From a virus: a stretch of 64,000 nt of DNA. The stretch covers positions 78,857-142,856 of the IMG/VR virus record IMGVR_UViG_3300049215_000481; one strand, given 5' to 3'. Under the pieces are notes generated by a model, which was given only the letters and a program-made list of their open reading frames with translations, was not told where the DNA came from and did no database searches. This document shows, piece after piece, positions 1 through 8,644 of the stretch (the first letter of the stretch is position 1; every line of letters starts with the position of its first letter). The position numbers and the translations under genes are program-made.

Positions 1-85
1 CCGCCTCCAGGGTCTCGATGCGTTCGAGCGAGTTCGTGAACTTCTTGTTGAGCACTTTCGCGTTCTTGCCGATTCCTGATCCCAT
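1..85 (-). CDS. partial hypothetical protein (runs off window)
   Basis: ATG at 85 preceded by AGGA; open frame MGSGIGKNAKVLNKKFTNSLERIETLEA to the window edge. Confidence 0.6.
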   Translation of the reverse strand, partial: MGSGIGKNAKVLNKKFTNSLERIETLEA

Positions 86-107
86 GTTCCTGCGAGGTTC
101 CTTTCAG

Positions 108-1022
108 TTACTGACGGTCGATGTCGCCAGCGACTGAGCTGGCCTTTGCTGCCGCCTGCGCGAGCCCGGCGAGAGCCGGCGCTGCTGTGGCGAGAATCGA
201 GAGGGAGCGCGAGGCGGCTGCTTCAGTCGCCTGCGAGATCGCGTGGCCCATCGGCATCGGAACCGCCCCTTGAGGAGCCTGACGGCGCTGTCTCTTGATC
301 CTCACCGTCTTGCCCTCTTGTCCGGGACGACGGTCTTCGACCTCGATGTACTCGTCCTCGGGTGGCGCGGGCGGCGCCTTCGGTGCTGGCTTCTGTGCTG
401 GCTTCGCCTTCGCCGGCTTGGGAGCCAGCTTGGTGGGCTTCGCCTCTTGCTTGGGAGCTGCTGCTGGCTTCGGCGTCGCGGCGGGCTTGACTGCCGGGCG
501 CACGGCCGGCGCAGGAGCCTGGGTGGGCCGCACGACTGCGGGAGCGGCGGCCTTCACCGGTGCGGCCGGAGCGGTGACTCGTGCCGGCGCGTCCTTCTCC
601 CGGACCTTGTTGACCAGGAACGACAGCTCCTGGTGACCGGAGAGGAGGGAGCGGATGAGTGCCACCTCTTCGTCGTTGAACTGCGCCTCCGTCTTCTGAG
701 CTGGCTCGCGGATGGAGAGCAGCACCTCCAGCCGCTCGCGGACGAACTTCCTGATCTCCCGCTCGACGATGCGGGCCGAATTGCCGCCGCCCGAGAAGAG
801 CGGTGCCTTCACCAGCTCGCGGTAGTGGGTCGCGACCTCCAGTCGCTTGTCCACGTCCCCGAGGTACTCGGTGTCGACCTCGTCGTCACTCTCAGTGTCG
901 GACGTGTACTCGTCCACCGCGGCCTCTGCTGCTGCCGCGGTGGCTGCCTCGGTCTCCGCCGTCGCGGGCTCCTCGGCGTTGTCGTCATCCCCACCAAACT
1001 CTTGTTCGAAGTCGAACGGCAT
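108..1022 (-). CDS. hypothetical protein, acidic N-terminus and Ala/Pro/Lys-rich linker
   Basis: 304 aa ORF with phage-typical codon use; ATTCGCTAT motif at 1041-1049 upstream. Confidence 0.75.
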   Translation of the reverse strand: MPFDFEQEFGGDDDNAEEPATAETEAATAAAAEAAVDEYTSDTESDDEVDTEYLGDVDKRLEVATHYRELVKAPLFSGGGNSARIVEREIRKFVRERLEVLLSIREPAQKTEAQFNDEEVALIRSLLSGHQELSFLVNKVREKDAPARVTAPAAPVKAAAPAVVRPTQAPAPAVRPAVKPAATPKPAAAPKQEAKPTKLAPKPAKAKPAQKPAPKAPPAPPEDEYIEVEDRRPGQEGKTVRIKRQRRQAPQGAVPMPMGHAISQATEAAASRSLSILATAAPALAGLAQAAAKASSVAGDIDRQ

Positions 1023-1049
1023 CTCGTTTGTGGGATGCGTATAGCGAAT

Positions 1050-2915
1050 CTACTTAATCGGGCAGGCCCCGCCTTCGCACTCAGTGCCCGACAAATCGAA
1101 GCCGCCGTTGTCTTCGTCCAACGAGATCGGAGAGATCTTCGCGGTGAACTGCTCGTACTGCTCCTTGGTGATGGCCTCCTTCGGAGCCTGCTTGAAGCCG
1201 TGGTCGTTCCAACAGAGGAACGAGATGGTCTTCAGGTGCTTCAGGTGCAGTGCAAGCCACGCCTTCAGCTCAGCGATCTCGTGCTTCCGGTAGTAGACCG
1301 TCACGGAGACCGCCTGGTCGGCCCAGTGTTTCTGGGCGAGGAGCAGGACGTCAAGCTGCTGCCAGGTCGTGAAGCCCTCGTCCGCAGTCGGGAGGTCGGC
1401 CGGGCACTCGATGTAGAAGTCCACCACCAGGGTGCCGTGGTCTAGCGTCCCGTCGAACTTCACGACGGGCTCCATGTAGTGGCCGGCTGCGCGGAGCTTC
1501 GGGATCGCGGGGTCGTTCGCGGCGAATCGAACGCGCTGGATCATGTAGCGCGCGAACCCGCAGTGGATGCCCTCACCCTGCACGTCGTACAGCTTCGAGA
1601 GCGTGCCCGACGGCTTCACGACGGTCGTGCGGATGCTCGGCGGGATGCCCAGCTCCTTCGAGTAGGAGATGTTCTCCTCCTGGATGGCGGCGTACGCCTG
1701 GTCCAGGACGGCCGGGTTGAAGAGGTCGGGCGCTTGCAGACAGCCCGTGATGCCGGTGCCGACGCGACGGTTGCGGCTGACGACCTCCTGGACCTCTGCG
1801 TGGTGGTAGTTCTCGCAGGTCACGCGCTTGCCCCAGCGGTGCATGAGGCGCGAGGACTCGAAGAACTCCTCGGGGCCGTTCATGTTGGGCAGCGCCTGCT
1901 CCTGGAGGTTGCACGGCTCCAGGTTCTCCAGCGTCGCCTCGGCGCACGGGTTCACCACCACGGCCGAGTCCTTCTTCAGCTCGCCCATGCGGCCGTACTT
2001 CCGCATGTTGGTGCGGTTCACGATGCCGAAGGGCTCGCCCTGGTGGTACGTCTCCCAAAAGAGCGGGTGGAGGTCGTCGACCTCGTCGGCGACGACGCTG
2101 AAGTTCGCGTTCGACCGCTGGCTCGGGATCGTCCCGAGGTCCCAGCGCTTCGCCTTGAGGAAGACCTTGTCCCACGGGTCGCCGATGATGATGAGCGCGG
2201 AGCGCCGCACGTTGCCGGCGACGACCATCTCTGCGATGAGGCAGAGCAGGTCCGCGGCGTCGATCGGCCGCATCGCCTTGCCCTCACGCGAGATGAGGAG
2301 AGCGCACAGCTTCTCGATGAACGTGACGAGGGGGCCGGGGCCCGAGGCCGTGCCGCCGAAGCCCTTGATCGGCTCGCCACTGCCGCGCACGCAGACGGTG
2401 CTGTACGAGAACGAACGCCCCGTGACGAAGAACGCTTCGAGGACTCGGCGGGTCAGCTCGACCCAGCCCTCGCGCGAGTCCGGCACGATGAACTCCGCAT
2501 CCTTCGTGGGCCGGTGGACGATCTTCACGTCCTTGCGGACGCGCGGCAGCTTCGAGGTGTACTGGTGCTCGACACTCATCCCGACGCCGCCGCCCAGCAT
2601 CAGGAGGTCCTGCGAGATGACGAAGTTCATCCAGTCGTCGGACGTCGTGCCCCAACAGTTGTTGAGGGCGACGCCGCCCAGCCGCTGATGGCCGGGGCTG
2701 CCGCTGTACCACCACCCTCGCCCGGCAGGGCCCGACTTGCGCTCGCCCAGGAAGTAGCGGAGGCGCTGAATCTCGCGCTCGCTGACGTTGAACCCGCGGA
2801 CGTTGCCCGCGATGGCTCGCTCGACGGTGTCATTCCAGTTCTCGGTGTGGCCGGTATCCTTTCGTGCGTAAGTGCGCTTGTAGACGACGGTTGCCAAATT
2901 GCTCCAGGGCTTCAT
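1050..2915 (-). CDS. nrdJ: class II (adenosylcobalamin-dependent) ribonucleotide reductase, monomeric type
   Basis: VYKRTYAR N-terminus, NPCAE catalytic motif, TTVKPSGT-like motif, C-terminal CEGGACP cysteine pair; true start MKPWS at 2915 overlaps the upstream stop (ATGA). Confidence 0.92.
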   Translation of the reverse strand: MKPWSNLATVVYKRTYARKDTGHTENWNDTVERAIAGNVRGFNVSEREIQRLRYFLGERKSGPAGRGWWYSGSPGHQRLGGVALNNCWGTTSDDWMNFVISQDLLMLGGGVGMSVEHQYTSKLPRVRKDVKIVHRPTKDAEFIVPDSREGWVELTRRVLEAFFVTGRSFSYSTVCVRGSGEPIKGFGGTASGPGPLVTFIEKLCALLISREGKAMRPIDAADLLCLIAEMVVAGNVRRSALIIIGDPWDKVFLKAKRWDLGTIPSQRSNANFSVVADEVDDLHPLFWETYHQGEPFGIVNRTNMRKYGRMGELKKDSAVVVNPCAEATLENLEPCNLQEQALPNMNGPEEFFESSRLMHRWGKRVTCENYHHAEVQEVVSRNRRVGTGITGCLQAPDLFNPAVLDQAYAAIQEENISYSKELGIPPSIRTTVVKPSGTLSKLYDVQGEGIHCGFARYMIQRVRFAANDPAIPKLRAAGHYMEPVVKFDGTLDHGTLVVDFYIECPADLPTADEGFTTWQQLDVLLLAQKHWADQAVSVTVYYRKHEIAELKAWLALHLKHLKTISFLCWNDHGFKQAPKEAITKEQYEQFTAKISPISLDEDNGGFDLSGTECEGGACPIK

Positions 2916-3472
2916 TGATCTGCGGTCTTCTCGGTGAGTTGTTGGGCCTTGCGTGCTTCGTAGTCTTCGAGGTAGGCGGTGACGGCCTGGAACTTCGGGA
3001 GCACGACCGTCACGGCAGGCGGATGGTCGAGGTATGCGGCGAGGTTCCGCAGGGTCTCCGCGTTGTCTCGGAGCAGGCCGAGCGCGCGGTTGCAGGTGTG
3101 ACAAAGCAAGCCCCGCACATGCGAAGCGCGCTCCCACGGTTCGCGCTTCTTGTCTTGCGGCTGATGCTTGTGATCGATGTTCAGCCGCTTGTTGTCCTTC
3201 GGCGGCCTTCCACACCCGGCGCACCCGCCCTTCTGCAGGGCGAGCATTTCTTCGTAGTCAGCCTCCGTGAGGCCGTACCAGGCGAAGCGTCCTTGGCGAG
3301 CGGCCTCGTTGTGCTCTGCACGCCACTTGGGTTCCTTGCGTCGCTCGCGTACGAACTGCTTCTGGTACTCCTTCTTGCAGACGCGGCACCATGAAGACTT
3401 TCCGTTCGTCTTCCGAGGGTCCGGACCAAAAGCTTTGAGAGGAAGATCCTTCGTACACTTGGTGCACAGCAT
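2912..3472 (-). CDS. free-standing HNH endonuclease (EndoVII-like)
   Basis: CxxC N-terminus, CAGC...IDHKH...VRGLLCHTCNRALGLLRDN. Confidence 0.9.
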   Translation of the reverse strand: MLCTKCTKDLPLKAFGPDPRKTNGKSSWCRVCKKEYQKQFVRERRKEPKWRAEHNEAARQGRFAWYGLTEADYEEMLALQKGGCAGCGRPPKDNKRLNIDHKHQPQDKKREPWERASHVRGLLCHTCNRALGLLRDNAETLRNLAAYLDHPPAVTVVLPKFQAVTAYLEDYEARKAQQLTEKTADQ

Positions 3473-3500
3473 CGGGCTGGCACCGAAGATTGAGACTCGG

Positions 3501-3757
3501 TCAGTCGATCTCGTGGACCTCGAAACTGTCGTTCGGACCGAGTGCGAGAGCGATCGGCTTGATCTTCAGTGCGTCGCTGAACTTCTGCTTCAGCGCGTCC
3601 GCGATCTTCGAGAGCGACCGGTGGTCATGTCGTCGGCCTTGAAGGCGAAGAAGATGATGCGCTGGCTGTCGTCGACCTCGATAGAGGTCTTCTCCGCCAC
3701 GCGGCCGTCTACGTTGTCGTCTTCCGGCTTGATGAGCCGGACTTCCAGCTTCCGCAT
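3501..3757 (-). pseudogene. small protein with an apparent 1-nt frameshift near 3615; paralog-like to the 3757-4021 gene
   Basis: MRKLEV...IIFFAFKADDMTTG continues in another frame as LSKIADALKQKFSDALKIKPIALALGPNDSFEVHEID*; span is 257 nt (3n+2). Confidence 0.55.
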
Positions 3758-4021
3758 CAGATCTGCGACGTGTCCGCGCTCGGACCGAGGACCAGCACCA
3801 CGCACCGCTTGTCCGCGGGCACGAGCTTGCGCAGCTTCTCCTTGATGCCGACCAGGTCCTTCGGCATGAGGGACGACCACGTGTCCGTGATGAAGAAGAG
3901 GAGCGCTTCGCCCTCGGGCAGGTCGCCCGTGAGCTGGACGTCCGCGTTCTCGGTGATGACGCCCACCGACTTGACGGGCAGCTCGCTGAGCGCCAGGGCC
4001 TTCAGTGCGATCTGGGGCATG
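3757..4021 (-). CDS. hypothetical protein
   Basis: MPQIALKAL...VLVLGPSADTSQI; starts next to the upstream stop and overlaps the downstream start; start coordinate approximate. Confidence 0.65.
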
Positions 4022-4324
4022 TTACTCGACCCCCGACTCGCCGGACGGCTTGCCCATCGCATCCAAGATCGAGCGCGCGTACGCGACGGCGAGCTTGTAG
4101 CGCTTCGTGCCCTCGCGGTACACACGCCCAGCCTCGCTGGCCTGCTCGCGCTTCGCAGCCAGGTCCTGGTCGTTCTTCTTCAGCTCCATGAGGGCTTCCT
4201 GGTCGAGCGTGAGCTTCGCGAGACGGTCGCGAATCTCCGGCTCCTTCATGTTCGCGATCGTGTCCTTGAAGTCGGAGTCGAGATCTGCGAACCGGTCCTT
4301 CTTCGTTCCCTTTTTTCCACGCAT
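4022..4324 (-). CDS. hypothetical helical protein
   Basis: MRGKKGTKKDRF...; AAGGAG SD and ATTCGCTAT motif at 4357-4365 upstream; start approximate. Confidence 0.7.
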   Translation of the reverse strand: MRGKKGTKKDRFADLDSDFKDTIANMKEPEIRDRLAKLTLDQEALMELKKNDQDLAAKREQASEAGRVYREGTKRYKLAVAYARSILDAMGKPSGESGVE

Positions 4325-4364
4325 GCACAGCTCCTTTTGTGAGTGACGGTGTTCGAATAGCGAA

Positions 4365-4685
4365 TCAATGGATGGTCTCGGCCGAGTCCCACAGGACCTC
4401 GGCCACACGCCCGGCGTCGCGGTACACGGCGACACGCAGCGGAGCGCGGAAGTGCCGCATTGACTCCTCAGCCAGGTGCTTGAGAGCGGCCCACACGTCT
4501 TCCAGGAAGACGATGTCGGCCTTCAGACCCGGCGCACCGATCTCCATCTTGTAGACGGCGCACTCAACCGGCGTCGTGAACAGCTTTAGGACCGACGCCT
4601 CGTTCTCGTCGCCCGGGTCGTAGAAGAACGTGTTCCCGAGCCGGAGCGCGTAGACTGTGACGGGCGCGGAGTCGAGCGGTGCCAC
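4365..4685 (-). CDS. hypothetical protein
   Basis: GTG start two nt after the upstream stop; VAPLDSAPVTVYALRLGNTFFYDP... Confidence 0.6.
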   Translation of the reverse strand: MAPLDSAPVTVYALRLGNTFFYDPGDENEASVLKLFTTPVECAVYKMEIGAPGLKADIVFLEDVWAALKHLAEESMRHFRAPLRVAVYRDAGRVAEVLWDSAETIH

Positions 4686-4687
4686 GA

Positions 4688-4963
4688 CTACTTCGCTGAT
4701 GCGACGGAGTAGTCCTGCCCCTCCACGACTTCCTGCACTTCGGTGTACGGCTTCGGGGTCAGCTCGTCGAAGGCACCCGGCGCGATGGCGCCGTGTCGCG
4801 AGAGATGCGACACGCACGCTTGTACGTAGGCGATGGTGCGCTTCTCGTCCTCGTCGAGGTCCCTGAGCATCCCCGGGAGCCGGCAGCGCCCCGGGAGGGC
4901 GATGAAGTTCTTGATCGCGTTGTCTTTGATCAGGACCAGGTCGCTGGGTGAGAACCGCTTCAT
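4688..4963 (-). CDS. hypothetical protein
   Basis: 91 aa ORF with an AATCGCTAT motif variant just upstream of the ATG. Confidence 0.65.
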   Translation of the reverse strand: MKRFSPSDLVLIKDNAIKNFIALPGRCRLPGMLRDLDEDEKRTIAYVQACVSHLSRHGAIAPGAFDELTPKPYTEVQEVVEGQDYSVASAK

Positions 4964-4982
4964 GGGAATCTGATAGCGATTG

Positions 4983-7127
4983 TCACGATGCGGCTAGCGT
5001 GCTCTCCGAGCCCTCGTAGTCGACGACGACCTTCTGCGTGAAGAGCCCCTGCGTCTCGCTCATGTGGTCGACCACGATGACAAGTCGATCCCGCGCGTAC
5101 ACCTGGAGGATCTCCAGGCAGCTCTCCTTCTCCACCGGCCCGAGTCCGTCGAACGACTCGTCCAGGATGAGCCACCCGGGGCAGCATCCAGAGCGGCGCG
5201 AGATGACGGCACCGACGGCAAGGTCCACGGCCAGCTCCACGGCCGACCTCATGCCGCCCGAGAGGCCGGCGTTGAGCGACGTCTCGTAGCCGTGGACTGT
5301 GACGACCGGACGGATCTCCTTCTTGATCGAGCCCTTGCCCGTGATCTTCTCGGACACGAAGCGCAGGGTGCAGTGGCGCGTGTTCGCGACCGACGCGAGG
5401 ATCTGGTTCGTCTCGTCGGAGATCTCCGCGAGCACCTCGTCGAAGATGGCGCCGAGGAAGCCTTCGCGCCCGATGAGGCCCAGGAAGTCTTTCTCGGTGG
5501 TGAGCTTCTTCTCCTGCTCACCCACCTTCGCCGCAGCAGCGTCCACCTGTTGCTGCAGCTTCTCGACCTGCGCGATCTTCGCTTCGAGTCGCGCGAAGGT
5601 GACGGACAGCTCCGTGCGCCTCGTCTCGCCTTGCTGCAGCTCGATGTTGACGGCCGAGGCAACCTCTTCGAGCTGGTTCGCCTCGACTCGCGCAGCTTCG
5701 AGGACCGTCGCACTGGCTGCCTTGGCGCGAGTCCGCACCTCGGTGTACGCCTGCGTGGCGCGGGCGATCTCCGCCTGGAGCTGCGCATCTCGCAGTGAGA
5801 GGTCCGCCTGCTCCTGCTGACGGACGGCGGCCACACGCGACTGTGCATCGGCCTGCGCCACCCGCAGCTTCTCGATGGTCGGGTTCGCTACGAACGGAGC
5901 GCGCAGGGGCGCCATCTCCGCGTTGAGCTGCTCAATCGCGGATGCCGCCTTCGTGCCCGCGTCGACGACCTTGTGGGCCGCTTCGATGTCCTTGATGAGC
6001 TTCGCCTTCTTGAGGTGCGCCTCGTCCCACAGGCGCTCGCACGTCGGGCACACGGACGCCGTGAGCTGGTCGAACTCACGGTTGAGGTCCTTCAGGTTCT
6101 TCTCCGCCTGCTGCCCGAGGGCCACGTCGACGCGCGCGCGGTCCATGAGCTTCTGCAGCTCGGCCAGCTTCTTCCGCGTCTCCTCCTGCTTCGCGCGGTC
6201 CTGCGCGAGGAGCCGATCGATGCGCCCCTGGCACTCGGCCACGAGGTCGTTGAAGCGCGTGATCTCGGGGTTCGGCTGGGGGACGATCTCGGTGTTCTGC
6301 AGCTCCACGAGCTTGGCGTTCGCCGCCGCGACATCATCAGCGAAGACCGCCTCGGCTGCCTTCGCGTCGACGCACGCCTTCTCGGCGATGGCCCTGATCT
6401 GGCTCTTGAGGCTGGCGAGCGTGTCGGAGCGCATCTGCTTCAGCCCCTGCAGTTCCTCCAGCTCGGCGTGGAGTCTGTCGAGGCCAGAGCGCAGCGAGTC
6501 CATGTCGGACCCGTTGAGCAGCTCAGCCAGTGCGCTCGCGTACGCGCCGTGCTCGGCCCTCGCCTTGTCGACGTCCTTCTCGTACGCGCTGACGTTCGTC
6601 GTCGCCTTCTCGATCGCTTCCTCGAACTTGGCGAGGTCGAGGATCTGGGTCAGGAACTCCTGCTTCTCGACGTTGGTCTGGTTGAGGAAGAGGCCCGGCT
6701 TGCCCTGACCTCGGTACGTCAGGATCTGCAACATCTCCCTCGTGACGCGCGGACCGCCGATGCGCTTGAGGACCTCGGCGCTCTTCTGCTTGGCGCTGCC
6801 GTCGAGCGCCTTGCCGTTGAGCTTGACGTCGTAGCTCTTGCCCTTGCTCACGGAGAGCAGGCCGTCGTCGCAGCTATACGTCGCTGACGCAGTCGCCGGC
6901 TCCTTCACACCCCACGTCTGCAGCTCAGTCGCGGGGGTGTCGCAGATGTCCTCGACGTAGCTCAGTGCTCGGAGGACGCTCGACTTGCCAGCACCAGAGC
7001 CGCCGCCGGTGTTCTTGTTCCTCCCGTGCAGGAGGAACAGACCCGTCTCCGGGAACTCGATGGTCGCCGGCTTCTTGAACGACTGGAACGGACCCAGGGT
7101 GAGTGACTTCAGACGCGCGTTCGGCAC
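4983..7127 (-). CDS. SbcC/Rad50/gp46-like SMC-family recombination ATPase
   Basis: Walker A GSGAGKSS, long coiled coil with central CPTC hook, LSGG signature, Walker B LILDE. Confidence 0.9.
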   Translation of the reverse strand: MPNARLKSLTLGPFQSFKKPATIEFPETGLFLLHGRNKNTGGGSGAGKSSVLRALSYVEDICDTPATELQTWGVKEPATASATYSCDDGLLSVSKGKSYDVKLNGKALDGSAKQKSAEVLKRIGGPRVTREMLQILTYRGQGKPGLFLNQTNVEKQEFLTQILDLAKFEEAIEKATTNVSAYEKDVDKARAEHGAYASALAELLNGSDMDSLRSGLDRLHAELEELQGLKQMRSDTLASLKSQIRAIAEKACVDAKAAEAVFADDVAAANAKLVELQNTEIVPQPNPEITRFNDLVAECQGRIDRLLAQDRAKQEETRKKLAELQKLMDRARVDVALGQQAEKNLKDLNREFDQLTASVCPTCERLWDEAHLKKAKLIKDIEAAHKVVDAGTKAASAIEQLNAEMAPLRAPFVANPTIEKLRVAQADAQSRVAAVRQQEQADLSLRDAQLQAEIARATQAYTEVRTRAKAASATVLEAARVEANQLEEVASAVNIELQQGETRRTELSVTFARLEAKIAQVEKLQQQVDAAAAKVGEQEKKLTTEKDFLGLIGREGFLGAIFDEVLAEISDETNQILASVANTRHCTLRFVSEKITGKGSIKKEIRPVVTVHGYETSLNAGLSGGMRSAVELAVDLAVGAVISRRSGCCPGWLILDESFDGLGPVEKESCLEILQVYARDRLVIVVDHMSETQGLFTQKVVVDYEGSESTLAAS

Positions 7128-7145
7128 CTGAGTCGAATAGCGAAT

Positions 7146-7397
7146 CTACCTGTTGCGCTTGGGGTCGGTCAGTGCGCGCTCGTGGTACAGACGCTCGGCG
7201 TCCGCCAGGCGCTCGACCGGCTTCGCCATCAAGCCGTTGTCGAGCTTTTCCAGCACCTGCGTCGACGGCGGATTAGGATCGCGCCACATGGTCGACTGGC
7301 ACTTCTCGCAGGCGACCGGCTGCGTCTGCTGCCCCGACGGCAGCATCTTGCGCTTGCGGTGCCCGCAGACCTTGCACTCGAATCGGTAGAACGGCAT
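7146..7397 (-). CDS. FmdB-like zinc-ribbon protein
   Basis: MPFYRFECKVCGH...CEKC pattern. Confidence 0.7.
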   Translation of the reverse strand: MPFYRFECKVCGHRKRKMLPSGQQTQPVACEKCQSTMWRDPNPPSTQVLEKLDNGLMAKPVERLADAERLYHERALTDPKRNR

Positions 7398-7579
7398 CAG
7401 TCGGTGAACGGCTTGTCCGTCTCTTCGGGTCCGCCGTCCGACCCGTCACCTGCGAGCTGGTCCTCGAACCACTCGCCCTCGGGCATGTTCTCCACCCGCT
7501 TGCGCGCCTTGTACAGCGCAAACGGGGGCAGGCCGACGGCGAACGCGAACATCACGATGAGAACGATCCCTACGAACAT
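7397..7579 (-). CDS. small single-pass membrane protein
   Basis: hydrophobic N-terminus, acidic tail; ATTCGCTAT at 7589-7597. Confidence 0.65.
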   Translation of the reverse strand: MFVGIVLIVMFAFAVGLPPFALYKARKRVENMPEGEWFEDQLAGDGSDGGPEETDKPFTD

Positions 7580-7596
7580 GGATGCCTGATAGCGAA

Positions 7597-8148
7597 TTAG
7601 GTGTTGGGGGCGGGCGGGTTCCAGGTGTTGTCGACGACGCCGTTCTCGTTCGGGCGGTCGTCCTGGGTCATGTTGGCGAAGTCGGCGACGCTGTGCTTCG
7701 GGCGCGCCCGGCGGTTCTGGTCGCGCACCTGGTAGCGGGCGAGCGAGGGCTGCTTGCGCTCCTGGCCTGGGAACGGGATGGCGCCGAAGTTGTGCACCTG
7801 CCCGTCACGGCGAAACGCCGGCTTCGCCACTGGCGGAGGCGGCACGATGTCCTTCGTGCTGATGGTCAGCTTCTCGCGCCGCAGCTCCTGCCCCTTCAGC
7901 CACTCGTACTTCAGGTCGACCTGGTCGTCGACCGTGAACGAGTTGTCCGGCTTGAGCTTCAGGGCCGCCCAGGCGAGCTTCGCATCGCCGTGACGGCAGG
8001 CCGGGCGGAAGAGACGGTGCGCGGCGAGGTTCTTCTGCTGATCGCTGTAGACGGGACGGCTCGCCAGGTACGACCCGTCGGTCTGCCGACGCATCGGCCG
8101 CTGCCGATGCTGGTTCTTCAGGATCTTCTTTGCGACGCGCTTCTTCAC
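7597..8148 (-). CDS. hypothetical basic protein
   Basis: GTG at 8148 overlaps the upstream TGA; VKKRVAKKILKNQ... Confidence 0.6.
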   Translation of the reverse strand: MKKRVAKKILKNQHRQRPMRRQTDGSYLASRPVYSDQQKNLAAHRLFRPACRHGDAKLAWAALKLKPDNSFTVDDQVDLKYEWLKGQELRREKLTISTKDIVPPPPVAKPAFRRDGQVHNFGAIPFPGQERKQPSLARYQVRDQNRRARPKHSVADFANMTQDDRPNENGVVDNTWNPPAPNT

Positions 8149-8639
8149 GTCGTCATCGCCTTCGCCAGCTCGCGGATGATCTTCGCGTCGGCAGCCGCCT
8201 GCGAATCGACCTCTTCCTTCGCGGCCTTGGCGTCGAGAGCGCTCATTTGTGCCGCCAGGTCCTTGAGCGCCTGGGAGTCCTTGTGCTCGGCAGGCTCGGG
8301 AGGCGACAGGTGCTCGGCAGCCTTGGCCACCTCGACGCTCGCCTTCGCAAGGACCGCCTTCACGTCGCCGCCCTTCTGCGCGGCGTCTCGCGCGTCGTAG
8401 AGGATCTGCTGGAGCAGGTCCTCGACCAGGCGCCCGTCCGGCAGCAGCCGCTTCTTCTCCTCGTCTGAGAGGGGTCGACCGACGACCACCGGTTGCCACC
8501 CACGGGGGCGCACGATATAGCGCGGCGACACGGTCGGAGCGAGCCGACCGTACATCTCCTTCGCCCACGTGAAGCGCGAGAACTTCGCCAGCAGGCGGAG
8601 CGCCCAGCCCCTCAGTCTTGCCTTCGTCTTCTTGAACAT
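8145..8639 (-). CDS. hypothetical protein
   Basis: MFKKTKARLRGWAL..., start 5 nt after the chaperonin stop. Confidence 0.6.
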   Translation of the reverse strand: MFKKTKARLRGWALRLLAKFSRFTWAKEMYGRLAPTVSPRYIVRPRGWQPVVVGRPLSDEEKKRLLPDGRLVEDLLQQILYDARDAAQKGGDVKAVLAKASVEVAKAAEHLSPPEPAEHKDSQALKDLAAQMSALDAKAAKEEVDSQAAADAKIIRELAKAMTT

Positions 8640-8644
8640 CGTCT

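Noticed and set aside
2916-3224. N-terminal extension of the 724-aa RNR ORF; possible intron or intein
   Set aside because: The extension is an alternative frame of the HNH gene. The RNR begins at MKPWS (2915) with an ATGA overlap and its motifs run uninterrupted.
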